Of a stretch of 64,000 nucleotides of DNA, positions 1-10,049 are shown in pieces. The notes under the pieces were generated by a model, which worked only from the letters and a program-made list of their open reading frames with translations, was not told where the DNA came from and made no database searches. The DNA lies in NCBI RefSeq assembly GCF_006345805.1, contig NC_043002.1, forward strand, positions 91,512,001 through 91,576,000. Reading direction: 5' to 3'. The position numbers and the translations under genes were made by a program. The stretch's first letter is position 1; each line of letters begins with the position of its first letter. Origin of the DNA: Octopus sinensis. Its lineage: Eukaryota.

Positions 1-224
1 CCACTCGCGCAATATCTTGAGCAAGACAACACAACTTCGTTCGACCTTAGCCTTGTATCTGAAATTGGTTAAACGCAAACTGTGTGGAAAGTACGTTGGA
101 TCCACTGTACCTTCAGTATTTTCGCATGACTTACAATTATGTTAAGGCTAATAGTAATAGTTGCACATACACCTAGACAACACATCATGGAAACCAAAGT
201 GATGTGTATATTATAATGATATGC

Positions 225-385
225 ACCTGTATAATATTAAAATGTAAGTGAATGTAGTACATATTATATTTAAGAGATGAGGAATTATGTACATTATTTA
301 CATTTGACGGATATTTGCCCTGATCTTGTTTGTTGTTAATACAACGTTTGAGCTAATATACCCTCCATTCTTCATCAGGTGTATT
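225..385 (-). mobile_element. PLE-type terminal-repeat remnant containing a decayed hammerhead-like core
   Basis: Minus strand 380-341 reads AC-CTGATGA-A-GAATG..TAGCT-CAAA-CG-TT-GT. The CTGATGA...(G)AAACGTT layout is typical of PLE terminal repeats. Here GAAA is mutated to CAAA. Confidence 0.4.
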
Positions 386-389
386 TTTG

Positions 390-436
<47 letters not shown>

Positions 437-636
437 CATTATTATATTCATATATCGGCCTGGAATCGAACTCGGAATCTTGGGGTTAGTAGCTCATGTT
501 CTTAACCACTACGCCACGGGCATATGGCAAAGTGGTTAAGAACGTGGGCTACTAACCCCCAAGATTCCGAGTTTGATTCCAGGCAGTGACCTGAATAATA
601 ATAATAATATTAATAATAATAATAATAATAATAAAT
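386..636. repeat. Foldback: (TTA)n, inverted tRNA-like head, 8-bp spacer, tRNA-like head, (TAA)n
   Basis: Arms 458-516 and 525-584 are about 59-bp inverted repeats (about 90% by eye). Each has an A box (TGGCGTAGTGG / TGGCAAAGTGG) and a B box (GAGTTCGATTCC / GAGTTTGATTCC). The flanking TTA and TAA tracts are mutually complementary. Confidence 0.85.
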
Positions 637-921
637 AATGTATGTGTATATATGTTTGTTTATATGTATAGTCATGTATGTAAGTCCGCGCGCACACTTA
701 TATAAAAGTTTTCCTTCATGTATAATCATGTATAACAACAAACATCAAATGGAAATATTACTCAATAGCTTTCAATTGAGTAACGTATATATATATATAT
801 ATTGTATTTGCGAGGAAATGATTAACATTGAATACGAATTTTCGGGAACTAACCTTCATAGGACTAGTAGCTAATTCTAAACGCAGAATAGCCGTAAACA
901 CGTAAACACATGCGCGCGCGT

Positions 922-928
922 GCACACA

Positions 929-1016
<88 letters not shown>

Positions 1017-1017
1017 C
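922..1017. repeat. (GCAC)n microsatellite
   Basis: More than 20 near-perfect GCAC units. Confidence 0.95.
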
Positions 1018-1462
1018 AGGTCACATATGCTCAAAGCTCACTCTTATGTGTACATTTAATATTTGCTTTATAATCGCAATTTGAACATGATATCCTATAA
1101 TTATTTACGGACTGCATGAATAAAGAAATATTTAACACTGTAACTAAGTCAACCTACAATATTAATGCTCCAATAATTTGTATAATGCCTTTAAAGCAAA
1201 CCAAACACAGAAAACACACACAAAAAAAAAACTACCTGACGTTAATAAAACACAGATATAACGGCAGAAGGAAATTCAATTCAGCATATCCTGAGCATTT
1301 CTCTCATCAGCTGCCTAATGGATCCCATCGTGATTTCAGCACCCAAGGCAAGAAATCTACTTCCGTGGATGCAAAACAACTACAGAAAAGGAGTAAACAA
1401 TGTTGGGGAAGATACAAAACTTTTTTTAAATTAATCCGCTCCACAAATCATGAACATATATA

Positions 1463-2028
1463 TTGGGTTGTCCGGAAAATTTGTGCCGATTCTTAAAGGA
1501 AAAAAAAAAGTCAATAAATACTTGCCATTACATTTTTAACCAACCAAATATGAACCATTTCGTTGCACAATGCGTCTCCATCTTTCCTTTAACTCGAAGA
1601 TACCCTCTTCCCAGAATTGAGGTGGTTTCATGGCAAAGAATTCATCAATGTATCTTTTTACGTCATCCAAGGAATTGAAATTTTTACCATTAAGACTATT
1701 GTGCAGAGACCTGAATAGGTGAAAATCCGAAGGAGCAATATCTGGTGAATATGGAGGTTGGGGTAACACATCCTTGCCGAGCTGCAGCAATTTTTGTCTG
1801 GTTCCCAAAGCATCAACTGCTGAAAATGAACTTTCTTATCTTCCATTTTCAAGGGTTACAGAATTAACACAAGTTATAGGAATATAAATATTCTTCCGCG
1901 AAAGGATAGCTTAAACTGTGCTCTAAATGGAGGTGTAGTCAAATCCTATTTCATGAACTCAACCATGTTCTAATATAAGTCGAAAGGTAAGCTACTATAA
2001 ATCGGCACGAACTTTCCGGACAACCCAA
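1463..2028 (-). mobile_element. Internally deleted mariner (566 bp) with both TIRs
   Basis: 29-bp TIRs TTGGGTTGTCCGGAAAATTTGTGCCGATT (1463-1491) and 2000-2028 (27/29 match). TA on both sides. Minus strand encodes the N-terminus MEDKKVHFQQLMLW joined to the C-terminus VLPQPPYSPDIAPSDFHLFRSL...WRRIVQRNGSY (YSPDLAPSD motif). Confidence 0.93.
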
Positions 2029-2219
2029 TAGAGGCAAACTATACCTTAAAAACATATATAATTCAACTCAAAGATATCATAGACTAATCAACAATATATA
2101 AGGATTATATTTTGATTAAGTCATAAATTGAATATACAAAGCGAGTAGAAGAAAATTGAAAATTAACAAATCATATAAAATAATAATAATGTATATTATA
2201 TTACTTATTAATAATCCTT

Positions 2220-2350
2220 TCTACTGTAAGCACAAGGCTGGAGTTGGGGAGACGAAGCTAGTCAATTGCATCGACCCCAGTGCTCAATGATACTTATTTT
2301 ATTGACCTCGAAAGGATGAAAGGCAAAGTCGACCCCGACGTAAAGACGGA
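2220..2350 (-). mobile_element. SINE-M fragment
   Basis: Reverse complement of the recurrent gtcgactttgcctttcatcctttcg-ggtcgataaa-taagta core. Confidence 0.7.
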
Positions 2351-2561
2351 TGAGATGTTGTTGTTCCTTTTGCCCGGTGTAGTAACCATTCTGCCAAATC
2401 GCCTCCTAATACAACTTATCACAAATAATGTACTGCTTTACAATGTAATGTATTGTTTTTGAAAAAAAAATAGGGCCGGCAGTTCGTGTATCGCTATTAT
2501 ATGGTGAACTGTAAACCACAGTCCAAATTATACTGAGCTAGTTATGCCTCTGCTCACTTAC

Positions 2562-2603
2562 CATCAAAATAAAGCAGGAGCTGGAAGTGGAATCCGACTG
2601 TGT
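2562..2603 (-). other. Candidate 42-nt exon (unverified)
   Basis: Minus strand: ...tttctcgccacacctgatgccgtttCAG|42 nt|GTAAGTGAG. The length is a multiple of 3 and the phase-1 frame is open (DTVGFHFQLLLYFD). No homolog recognised. Confidence 0.2.
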
Positions 2604-2698
2604 CTGAAACGGCATCAGGTGTGGCGAGAAAGTAAGCTTAATGTCACAGACAATACTGACATAACATCACTGTTACCCTGTGCTGTCAGCAGAGAATG

Positions 2699-2720
2699 TC
2701 TGTGTGTGTGTGTGTGTGTA

Positions 2721-2783
<63 letters not shown>

Positions 2784-2796
2784 TATATATATATAG

Positions 2797-2864
<68 letters not shown>

Positions 2865-2907
2865 TAGATAGATAGATAGATAGATAGATATACATACATA
2901 TATATAC
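2699..2907. repeat. Compound (TG)n/(TA)n/(GATA)n microsatellite
   Basis: Visible directly. Confidence 0.95.
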
Positions 2908-3192
2908 CACGGTCCCTGCTCTATTATCTATCGGTCACTTGTGCGGAGCCGCTAAGTTACGGGGATGTAAACACACCAGCATCGGTTGTCAGGTGATGTT
3001 GGGGGAGCCAAACACAGACACACAAACACACCAAACACACACACACACACACACGCACACACACATGCACACAGACACACACACGCACGCACACACACAC
3101 ATTCACACACACACACACACAAACACACACACATATATATATACATATATACACGAAGCTATAGTAGAAGACACTTCCCCAAGTTGTCACGC
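2908..3192 (-). mobile_element. SINE-O (CORE-type) partial copy with internal (CA)n
   Basis: Contains gtaaacacaccagcatcggttgtca and ctatagtagaagacactt-cccaag, shared with the full copies at 37113 and 44691. Confidence 0.75.
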
Positions 3193-3371
3193 TCCCTATA
3201 TATTCATATATATGAAATGACGGCATAATCGATTTTATGCAAATCTGAGAAACCTTTGAACCCAATTTGAACTTAAAGGAAACAACACAGAATGAAATAG
3301 ATTTATAAATTCATATCAAATAAAAGAATATTCGTCTTCTTACCTTGAACTTCAGAGGCATGCATATGTAA

Positions 3372-3526
3372 TTCCGGGACGATGATGACTCTGATGTCGA
3401 TATTGATGATTTTGCTGCTGCTGCTGCTGCTGCTGTTGGTGATGATGTTGATGATAATGATCATGCTAATGATGATGATGATGCCGGCGAGAACGATGTT
3501 AATAGCGGTAATAGTTTTGATAATTC

Positions 3527-3565
<39 letters not shown>

Positions 3566-3662
3566 CGACGACGACGACGGCGACAACAACGATGATGATG
3601 ATGATGATGGTTTGAAGGAAGAGGATCAACATGACGTTGATGATGAACAGAAGTTGAAATAA
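3372..3662 (+). repeat. Low-complexity GAT/GCT-rich tract with a 96-codon Asp-rich stop-free frame and no ATG
   Basis: Frame 3372-3662 reads FRDDDDSDVDIDDFAAAAAAAVGDD...GLKEEDQHDVDDEQKLK*. An in-frame TAA lies immediately upstream (3369-3371). Confidence 0.6.
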
Positions 3663-3788
3663 AAATGCAACACCTCAGAGAATAGGATACGAAACTGGGA
3701 CTAAATCCCAAAGTTCCGACAACCCCTTTAAAGGACCTTCGTTCATAAACCACCAGAACTATCACAACGGAGTTCTCAACCCACTCAC

Positions 3789-3800
3789 CAAACGCATAAT
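3789..3800 (-). other. Candidate 12-nt micro-exon (unverified)
   Basis: Minus strand: ccTTTTCTGTATTTTTGTTGCAG|ATTATGCGTTTG|GTGAGTGG. Both splice sites are near consensus. Phase 1-1 gives (D)YAF(G/D). Confidence 0.3.
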
Positions 3801-4111
3801 CTGCAACAAAAATACAGAAAAGGCCATGCATATACGATAAGCCTACGGTAATAGTTTGACATATGTAATAAGGAGATTTCAAAAACCTGGATTAACTGAT
3901 ATTATCAATGCAATTATGCGATGAAATCCCTCAGTACTATAGTTTGAATAATTAAACCAATAAGTAAAGGAGATAAGTCCCATAATATTCTTAATCAACG
4001 TCACTGGATTCTCTCTGTTTCTGTAGATATTGACTCACGCCAACGCAATGCCAACTGATAGCAATATTCTTCATTAAAGCGGTATCTTGTATCTTTTATT
4101 TTTAATTTGTT

Positions 4112-4330
4112 TCAATCATTAGAATGTTGCCATGCTGGGGCACCGCCTTGAAAGGTTTAGTCGGACAAATTGACATTTTTGTGGGGGGTTTTGTGTGTGT
4201 GTGTTCCGTCGGTCTCGTTCGTCGATGAACTAAGTTACGGAACGTAAACAGTACACCAATCCGATTGTCAAGGCAGTATTGGGGGACAAACAAACACACA
4301 CACACACACACACACATACACACACACACA
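4112..4330 (-). mobile_element. SINE-O 3' part
   Basis: ttgtttcaatcatt...ccatgctggggcaccgccttga matches the SINE-O tail, followed by (CA)n. Confidence 0.7.
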
Positions 4331-4334
4331 TGTA

Positions 4335-4500
4335 GTTACACATTGCTGTTGGCGATTTCTCTTCGTTTTTTTCTTACCCCCTTTCCGACGAAGAGCAATG
4401 TTCGAAACGCCAAACTCACTCTTCGCCGAGCGTGAAGCTAGTACATTCCTTGTGCACGTCCGTCCTTCTGTTGTCCATTCGTCTTGTTATTCATTTATTT
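4335..4500 (+). mobile_element. Short PLE-like element with a minimal hammerhead-like motif
   Basis: 4381-4414 reads CTTT-CCGACGA-A-GAGC-AAT-GTTC-GAAA-CG-CC-AAA. The flanks (tttctcttcgttttt..., gagcgtgaagctagtacat) align by eye to the reverse complement of 26091-26281. Confidence 0.5.
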
Positions 4501-4554
4501 GATTTTATTAATAAAATTGAATAAAGACAAAGATTCTTCTCGAGTCACGTAGAC

Positions 4555-4785
4555 TCCTAGAGTCGGTTTTCTGGATTGCGTGGCACATATATTCCACCCC
4601 ACACCTGGACAGGACACCGGTCCGTCGTAGGGTTATTCAACCTTCCTTTTTTGTAGTTGAGTGCGCTGGAGCAGCGTGAAATTAAGTGTTTCGCCCAAGA
4701 ACACAACGCGCCACCCAGTGCACGATTTGAAATCACAATCATTCGATCATGAGTCCGACATCCAAAACACTAAGCCGCACATCAT
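4555..4785 (-). mobile_element. Diverged tRNA-head/CORE SINE (SINE-B-like head, different tail)
   Basis: Minus strand starts with a tRNA-like head (...ggcttagtgttttggatgtcggactcatgatcgaat...) followed by gcgttgtgttcttgggcgaaacactt. Confidence 0.6.
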
Positions 4786-4794
4786 GCTCTAGTT

Positions 4795-4938
4795 TCACTT
4801 GTACGTCATTTTATCGATGACGAAAGGCTCAACGGCAATTATAGCCGCGGCAGGATTTAAACTCAGAACGTAAAGAGTCGAAAATATAACACTTAAGCAT
4901 TTTGTCCGACGCACTAACGATTCTTCCAGCTCGGCACT
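4795..4938 (-). mobile_element. Old SINE-M 5' fragment
   Basis: Degenerate reverse complement of gagctgg-agaatcgttag...cgttctgagttt. Confidence 0.6.
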
Positions 4939-5044
4939 TAAGAGAGAGATATCCTTTAATAAATCCTTAATATGTCCATTGATGTTACTGATTGATTTTA
5001 AATCTACTGCAGTGATTTTAATTTCAAAAAAATTCGATTGGCCT

Positions 5045-5442
5045 ATATTATTGGCAGAAACGTTAGCACGCCGGGCGAAATGCTTAGCAGTATTTCGTCT
5101 GCCGCTACGTTCTGAGTTCAAATTCCGCCGAGGTCGACTTTACCTTCCATCCTTTCGGGGTCGATTAAATAAGTACCAGTTACGCACTGGGGTCGATATA
5201 ATCGACTTAATCCGATTGTCTTTCCTTGTTTGTCCTCTCTGTGTTTAGCCCCTTGTGGGTAGTAAAGAAATGGGTATTTCGTCTGTCTTTACGTTCTGAT
5301 TTCAAATTCCGCCGAGGTCGACTTTGCTTTTCATCCTTTCGGAGACGATAAATTAAGTACCAGTAGCGTACTGAGGTCGATCCAATCGACTTCCCCCCTT
5401 CCCAAAAATTTCGGGCCTTGTGCCTAGAGTAGTAAAGATTAT
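5045..5442 (+). mobile_element. Dimeric SINE-M
   Basis: Head, core and tail, followed by a second monomer starting at tatttcgtctg after taaagaaat. Confidence 0.85.
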
Positions 5443-5479
5443 TTTCATGGGTAATTTCAGATAATCGAAGTTCTTCAAT

Positions 5480-6170
5480 ATAATGTAGTTAGTATATTGT
5501 ATTTAGAGGTTATTGTAAGTGTATTAAGTATACCATACCACCTAGAAGCTTATATTCTGGATTATTTGAATAAAGAATCCCTAGCTTAAGTGAATGAGAA
5601 TATATAGGGATGATGGGCTTATTGGTATCTGTAATAGAAACAGTCTTGAGTTAAATATTCTAAGGAAGAATCTTATTGATACGAACTTAAGTGATGTCCA
5701 CGTCTTAGATGTCATTTTAAGTGTAGAAACTAGCAGTTTTATATCCTTCCGAAATTCTAATGAAATCGCAACCACCTGTCTAGAAATTTCTAGAATATAG
5801 TTTATAGTTTAGATGAATATAATACTTTATTTTCAATATAGCTTCACCTTAGCAACAACGATGCCCTGAAAGGAAGTTGGTTCTCAGAACAGATTCATAG
5901 TGTGAGCACTGAAAATAATCTGAGGAGATCTCACAGAAATAGGATCAGAAAGGTCATCTGATCCAGACATTCAGTTCGACTACAATAAAAAGCAGGGTGG
6001 CAGTATTACAGAATATTCAAAAGAAACAATGTGAAGGTTAGCTAGAACTTCCTCTCGTCAGTAACATAGGGTAAAAAGATTCCGAATCCAATCAAAATTA
6101 GTAAAATCTCAGCAACTGCCTGCCTAACAGAAGACCTAAAATGAGCTTTTCAAATGAAACACCTTGGAAT
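5480..6170 (+). pseudogene. Penelope-like reverse transcriptase remnant
   Basis: IYRDDGLIGICNRNSLELNILRKNL...TNLSDVHVLDVILSVETSSFISFR resembles the PLE YRDDGL and TNxxxVxFLDV motifs. Downstream KRNNVKVS*. Multiple stops and frameshifts. Confidence 0.75.
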
Positions 6171-6644
6171 ATTGTTCTACATCGAGTTATAGCCATTTTA
6201 TTGTTATTTTAAATATCTGAAAATAGTTTTACTTCATGATTTTTCATATATTATATAATGTATGTTGCATGTTCACTCATGGGAATAATACAAGAAACAA
6301 ACTTTAAAAATAACATCAAGACTTCATTCCTCACTTAAATAGTTCAGGGGACAAAATGAACGCATTACGAATTCCGGTGGTTGTATAGTTCATCCATCGA
6401 TTCGATAATTCAGCTTGGTCTGTCGTTGGTTATATGTGCTCCGTTATATTAATTTTGTTCAGCTGAATAACGGCAAGAAAATAACATGACTCGCCTTCAT
6501 GATAATCGCTCACCCCTCCGCTCATAGATGATTTGTTAGATCTGTCTATAGAAGGAGGGTACGCTCCAGCCCGCATTCAGATTAGTGTTTGAAGATGTAT
6601 TACGCGCAACGTGACTGGATCTTCGATCCATATCCCGCGCAGTA

Positions 6645-6745
6645 CTCGTCCAATCAAAGAACAGGACTCAATCAATGTTTCAAGCTCACGTGTTAGGTAA
6701 GACAGCCAACCATTACAGCTTAATGCGATGAGCCTATAAAAGGCT
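6645..6745 (+). promoter_or_regulatory. Possible Pol II promoter-like or LTR U3-like motif cluster
   Basis: CCAAT 6650-6654, CACGTG 6687-6692 and TATAAAAG 6735-6742 in plausible order within non-repeat-looking DNA. These are short motifs only. Confidence 0.2.
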
Positions 6746-7377
6746 GATCGCCTTCGATGTGCAATAATAGAAATTGATCTCATTACACAGTGATTGACTA
6801 TTTGGAAACAGTGGCTTATGTCACTCAAATCATGTCCTATAGTCTTTCAAACAACACTCGATAATCAATGATGATGCGCCTACAAATAGTAACCAAATCA
6901 CGATCAAATCTCACCTTACTTTCGTTAAAAGTGATTTTAGTCTGAAAAAGTTATGCGTAACTTGCAGATTGTAATAATTTTCTGTTCTATCATGGGAGCA
7001 AACAACAATAACAACAACAACCGGCAGTTTGAAAGAGTAATACTATATTACCTGATCAACACGGTTTATGGAGCGGTATATCATTGTTGCTTGAAAGTAT
7101 TTCATTGGGTTTCTCTAAACCATAGAGACAGGAAATTGTTGAAAAGACAGACGTGTGGAGTTAATTATTGCATAACTATTTTCTTATTAAACAACTGAGT
7201 CGTAACGCTTTAGTGCTTACTACACAATAACATTTTCTACTTTAGAATATTTCCTGAGCTATAATATCTTCTGTCCCATAATACTGGCTGCACAATAGTA
7301 CTTTCTGCATCATAATACTTTCTCTGCAATAGTATTTTTTGTGCTATAATGCTACCTAGTCTATTGTTAAAAATAGT

Positions 7378-7812
7378 GGATCTTTTCGGTTTGAACGGCA
7401 GTTTTTCTAGCGGTGTCATATGAAATTGTCACCCATAATTATGACCCTAGTATCGATCTATTGCATTTCAATCTGTTTTAGAGTTAGGGCTAGTTAGGGT
7501 TAGGGTTAGGGTTAGGGGTGGGGGGAAGGGTGTCTTTTTTTGTTCACAAATGTAAATAAACCCAATCTGTTTCTTAAACGAGGGACATATTCATACGGCA
7601 CAGAATGTTTTTTTTACCTCAATGGACGTCAGTGATTGGTTGAAATTGCAGAAATTGAAGAAAAAAAAAATATCTTACAAACTATAGAAATTTCTCTATA
7701 AAGCCAAAAGAAAAAGATGTTTTGTAAACACATTCTACCAGTATACGAAGTTTAAAATTTTTTAGTTACCTAGAAATTATGTTAAAACCTGCCGTTCAAA
7801 CCGAAAAGATCC
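7378..7812 (+). mobile_element. MITE-T1 copy 1 (Merlin-like, carries TTAGGG)
   Basis: 29-bp TIR GGATCTTTTCGGTTTGAACGGCAGTTTTT. Perfect 8-bp TSD AAAATAGT (7370-7377 / 7813-7820). TTAGGG tract at 7484-7530. Confidence 0.92.
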
Positions 7813-8094
7813 AAAATAGTAAGTAGGGTACAACCTTCCAGGTTATACCCTAGCATGGTCGCAGTCCAATGATTGAAGGAAGTAAAATGTAAAAGATAAA
7901 AGATCCCCCGCTGTTAATCACAATGAAATACGAGACAATCACTGCAAAACACACAAGTAAACACATAACAAGCACACGTGTACATGTAAACTCACACACA
8001 TACAAGGAAATGAAATTGAGAACAATCGCTACCTGATATACTTGATAGAAAGAAAAAAACAACAAAACACCGAAAACTTGAAGTTGGTAACTGT

Positions 8095-8215
8095 TACAAG
8101 CACAAGGCTTGACATTTTGGCGGAGAGAGAGTTAGTCGATTTCAACGACTCAAGTATTTGAGTGGTAATTTATTTATCGACCCTGAAAGGATGAAATACA
8201 AAGTCGAACTCGAAG
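8095..8215 (-). mobile_element. SINE-M 3' fragment
   Basis: cacaaggcttgacattttgg...ttatcgaccctgaaaggatgaaatacaaagtcgaac. Confidence 0.65.
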
Positions 8216-8904
8216 CAACAATGACTCGAAGCAACCTAAGGCTTAGTATTGTGTTCGGCAGGTTAAAATTTCTGCCAGCTCGTCGCTTTGAACTTGTTAA
8301 TTGTACATAGTTCGTTGGTGTAAAGAATTTAATGAACTTCCTCTCTCGTCTTATAGGAGTTAAAGCCAAATTTCTATATTTGTAAGTCATTAATAAGTTA
8401 TTAAAAGGTGCCAAAAACAAAAGAAACAATTAAAAAAAAAAGAACTAACAAGTGAATTAATAAAATATCATCAGCGACTACAACAACAACAAGAACGGCA
8501 ACGAAGAAAAAAAACCAAATACTTCATTAGTTTTACAGACTTAAAAGGAAATGTTCATAATAGTGTTGGATGTATCTACTATTCAACCTAGCACCACATC
8601 CATCTTATCCACCCACACCCTCCGCCCTCAACATCACCACTATCCACCTTCATCATTTCAATGAACCAAGCACCATCTTGCCCCCACCGTCGTCTCGCAG
8701 CATCTCGGTTTCTCTTTCAATTCTACACACACACACACATATCTATCTATCTTTCTATATATCTATATACGTACACATAGATAATACTCACGAACACATT
8801 TCAAAGATTAGCGATTCGATTAATCTTCATGTAATATTCTTTCTCTTTCTCCCTTCTTTCTCTCATCTATCTCCCTGATTACATTCATTTTATTTCTTTC
8901 TCTG

Positions 8905-8922
8905 ACTTACTCTCTCCTTCTC

Positions 8923-8968
<46 letters not shown>
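8905..8968. repeat. (TC)n microsatellite
   Basis: Visible directly. Confidence 0.9.
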
Positions 8969-8970
<2 letters not shown>

Positions 8971-9407
8971 GTTTTCTATCTATTTGTGTCCACGTCTCAA
9001 TACTTTCCTCTTTTTCACGCTCTTCTTTTCTCATTATGTGAGATTCATTTAACTTAACAAGCAAAATGTATGCCAGACACAATGCAACACGAAATATTTT
9101 CTTATTTACGTGTTCGTCTCTGATAAAAACTATCCACTTAGATCTTGTAGCGTGTATTGCAATGTAGGTTCAAACCTAGTTTAAAATCTAAAGTTTACGA
9201 TCACTTCCTCTCTAATCATTAATGAATGACATCGATATCATGCACATCAAGACATGTTTAACCTTTTACAAACTAGTTTCAGGATCACTAAGAGTTTTAT
9301 GTGTATAAATTCAAACAGGCATACACACGCACACACGCGCACACACGCACGCACACACATACACACTCACACACACACATTCACAGTGTAACCGTCTCTA
9401 AAGTGAG

Positions 9408-9822
9408 GGATCTTTTCGGTTTCAACATAATTTCTAGGTAACTAAAAAAATTTAAACTTCGTATACTGGTAGAATGTGTTTATAAAACATCTTTTTCTCT
9501 TGGCCTTATTGAGAAAATTCTATAGTTTGTAAGATATTTGTTGTTTTTTTCCTTCAATTTCTGCAATTTTAACCAATCACTGACGTCTATTGAGGTAAAT
9601 AACATTCTGTGCCGTATGAATATGTCCCTCGTTTAAGAAACAGATTGGGTTTATTTACATTTGTGAAGAGAAAAAGATACCCTTCCTCCTAACCCCTAAC
9701 CCTAACTAACCCTAACCCTAAAACAGATTGAAATGCAATAGATCGATACTAGGGTCATAATTATGGGTGGCAATTTCATATGACACCGCTAGAAAAAACT
9801 GCCGTTCAAACCGAAAAGATCC
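9408..9822 (-). mobile_element. MITE-T1 copy 2
   Basis: Same TIRs. Perfect TSD AAAGTGAG (9400-9407 / 9823-9830). CCCTAA tract at about 9690-9720. Confidence 0.92.
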
Positions 9823-10049
9823 AAAGTGAGTATTATTTGGTAATAAACAGTATCCTTTCGTCATTGGTTTCAGCCACCAATGAAGTCTTGAGCAGAGGTA
9901 GATACCCTTACTGCCTTTTCACCCTAAGTGCAGTGGGACATCGCGAATATAACAGTTAGGAGAGGGAACTGCTACAGCAGTCAGCTTGTGCCTAATATTC
10001 AGTTAAGTAAACTAAAGCAACATGTACAATGCTCTTTCATTTAGGTTCC

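Noticed and set aside
7240-7365. Weak ~17-20-bp periodicity (ataatact / aatagtact) next to MITE-T1 copy 1
   Set aside because: Too degenerate in AT-rich DNA to distinguish from chance by eye.
7484-7530. True telomere or chromosome-fusion scar
   Set aside because: All TTAGGG tracts are short and lie at the same position inside TIR-bounded MITEs.
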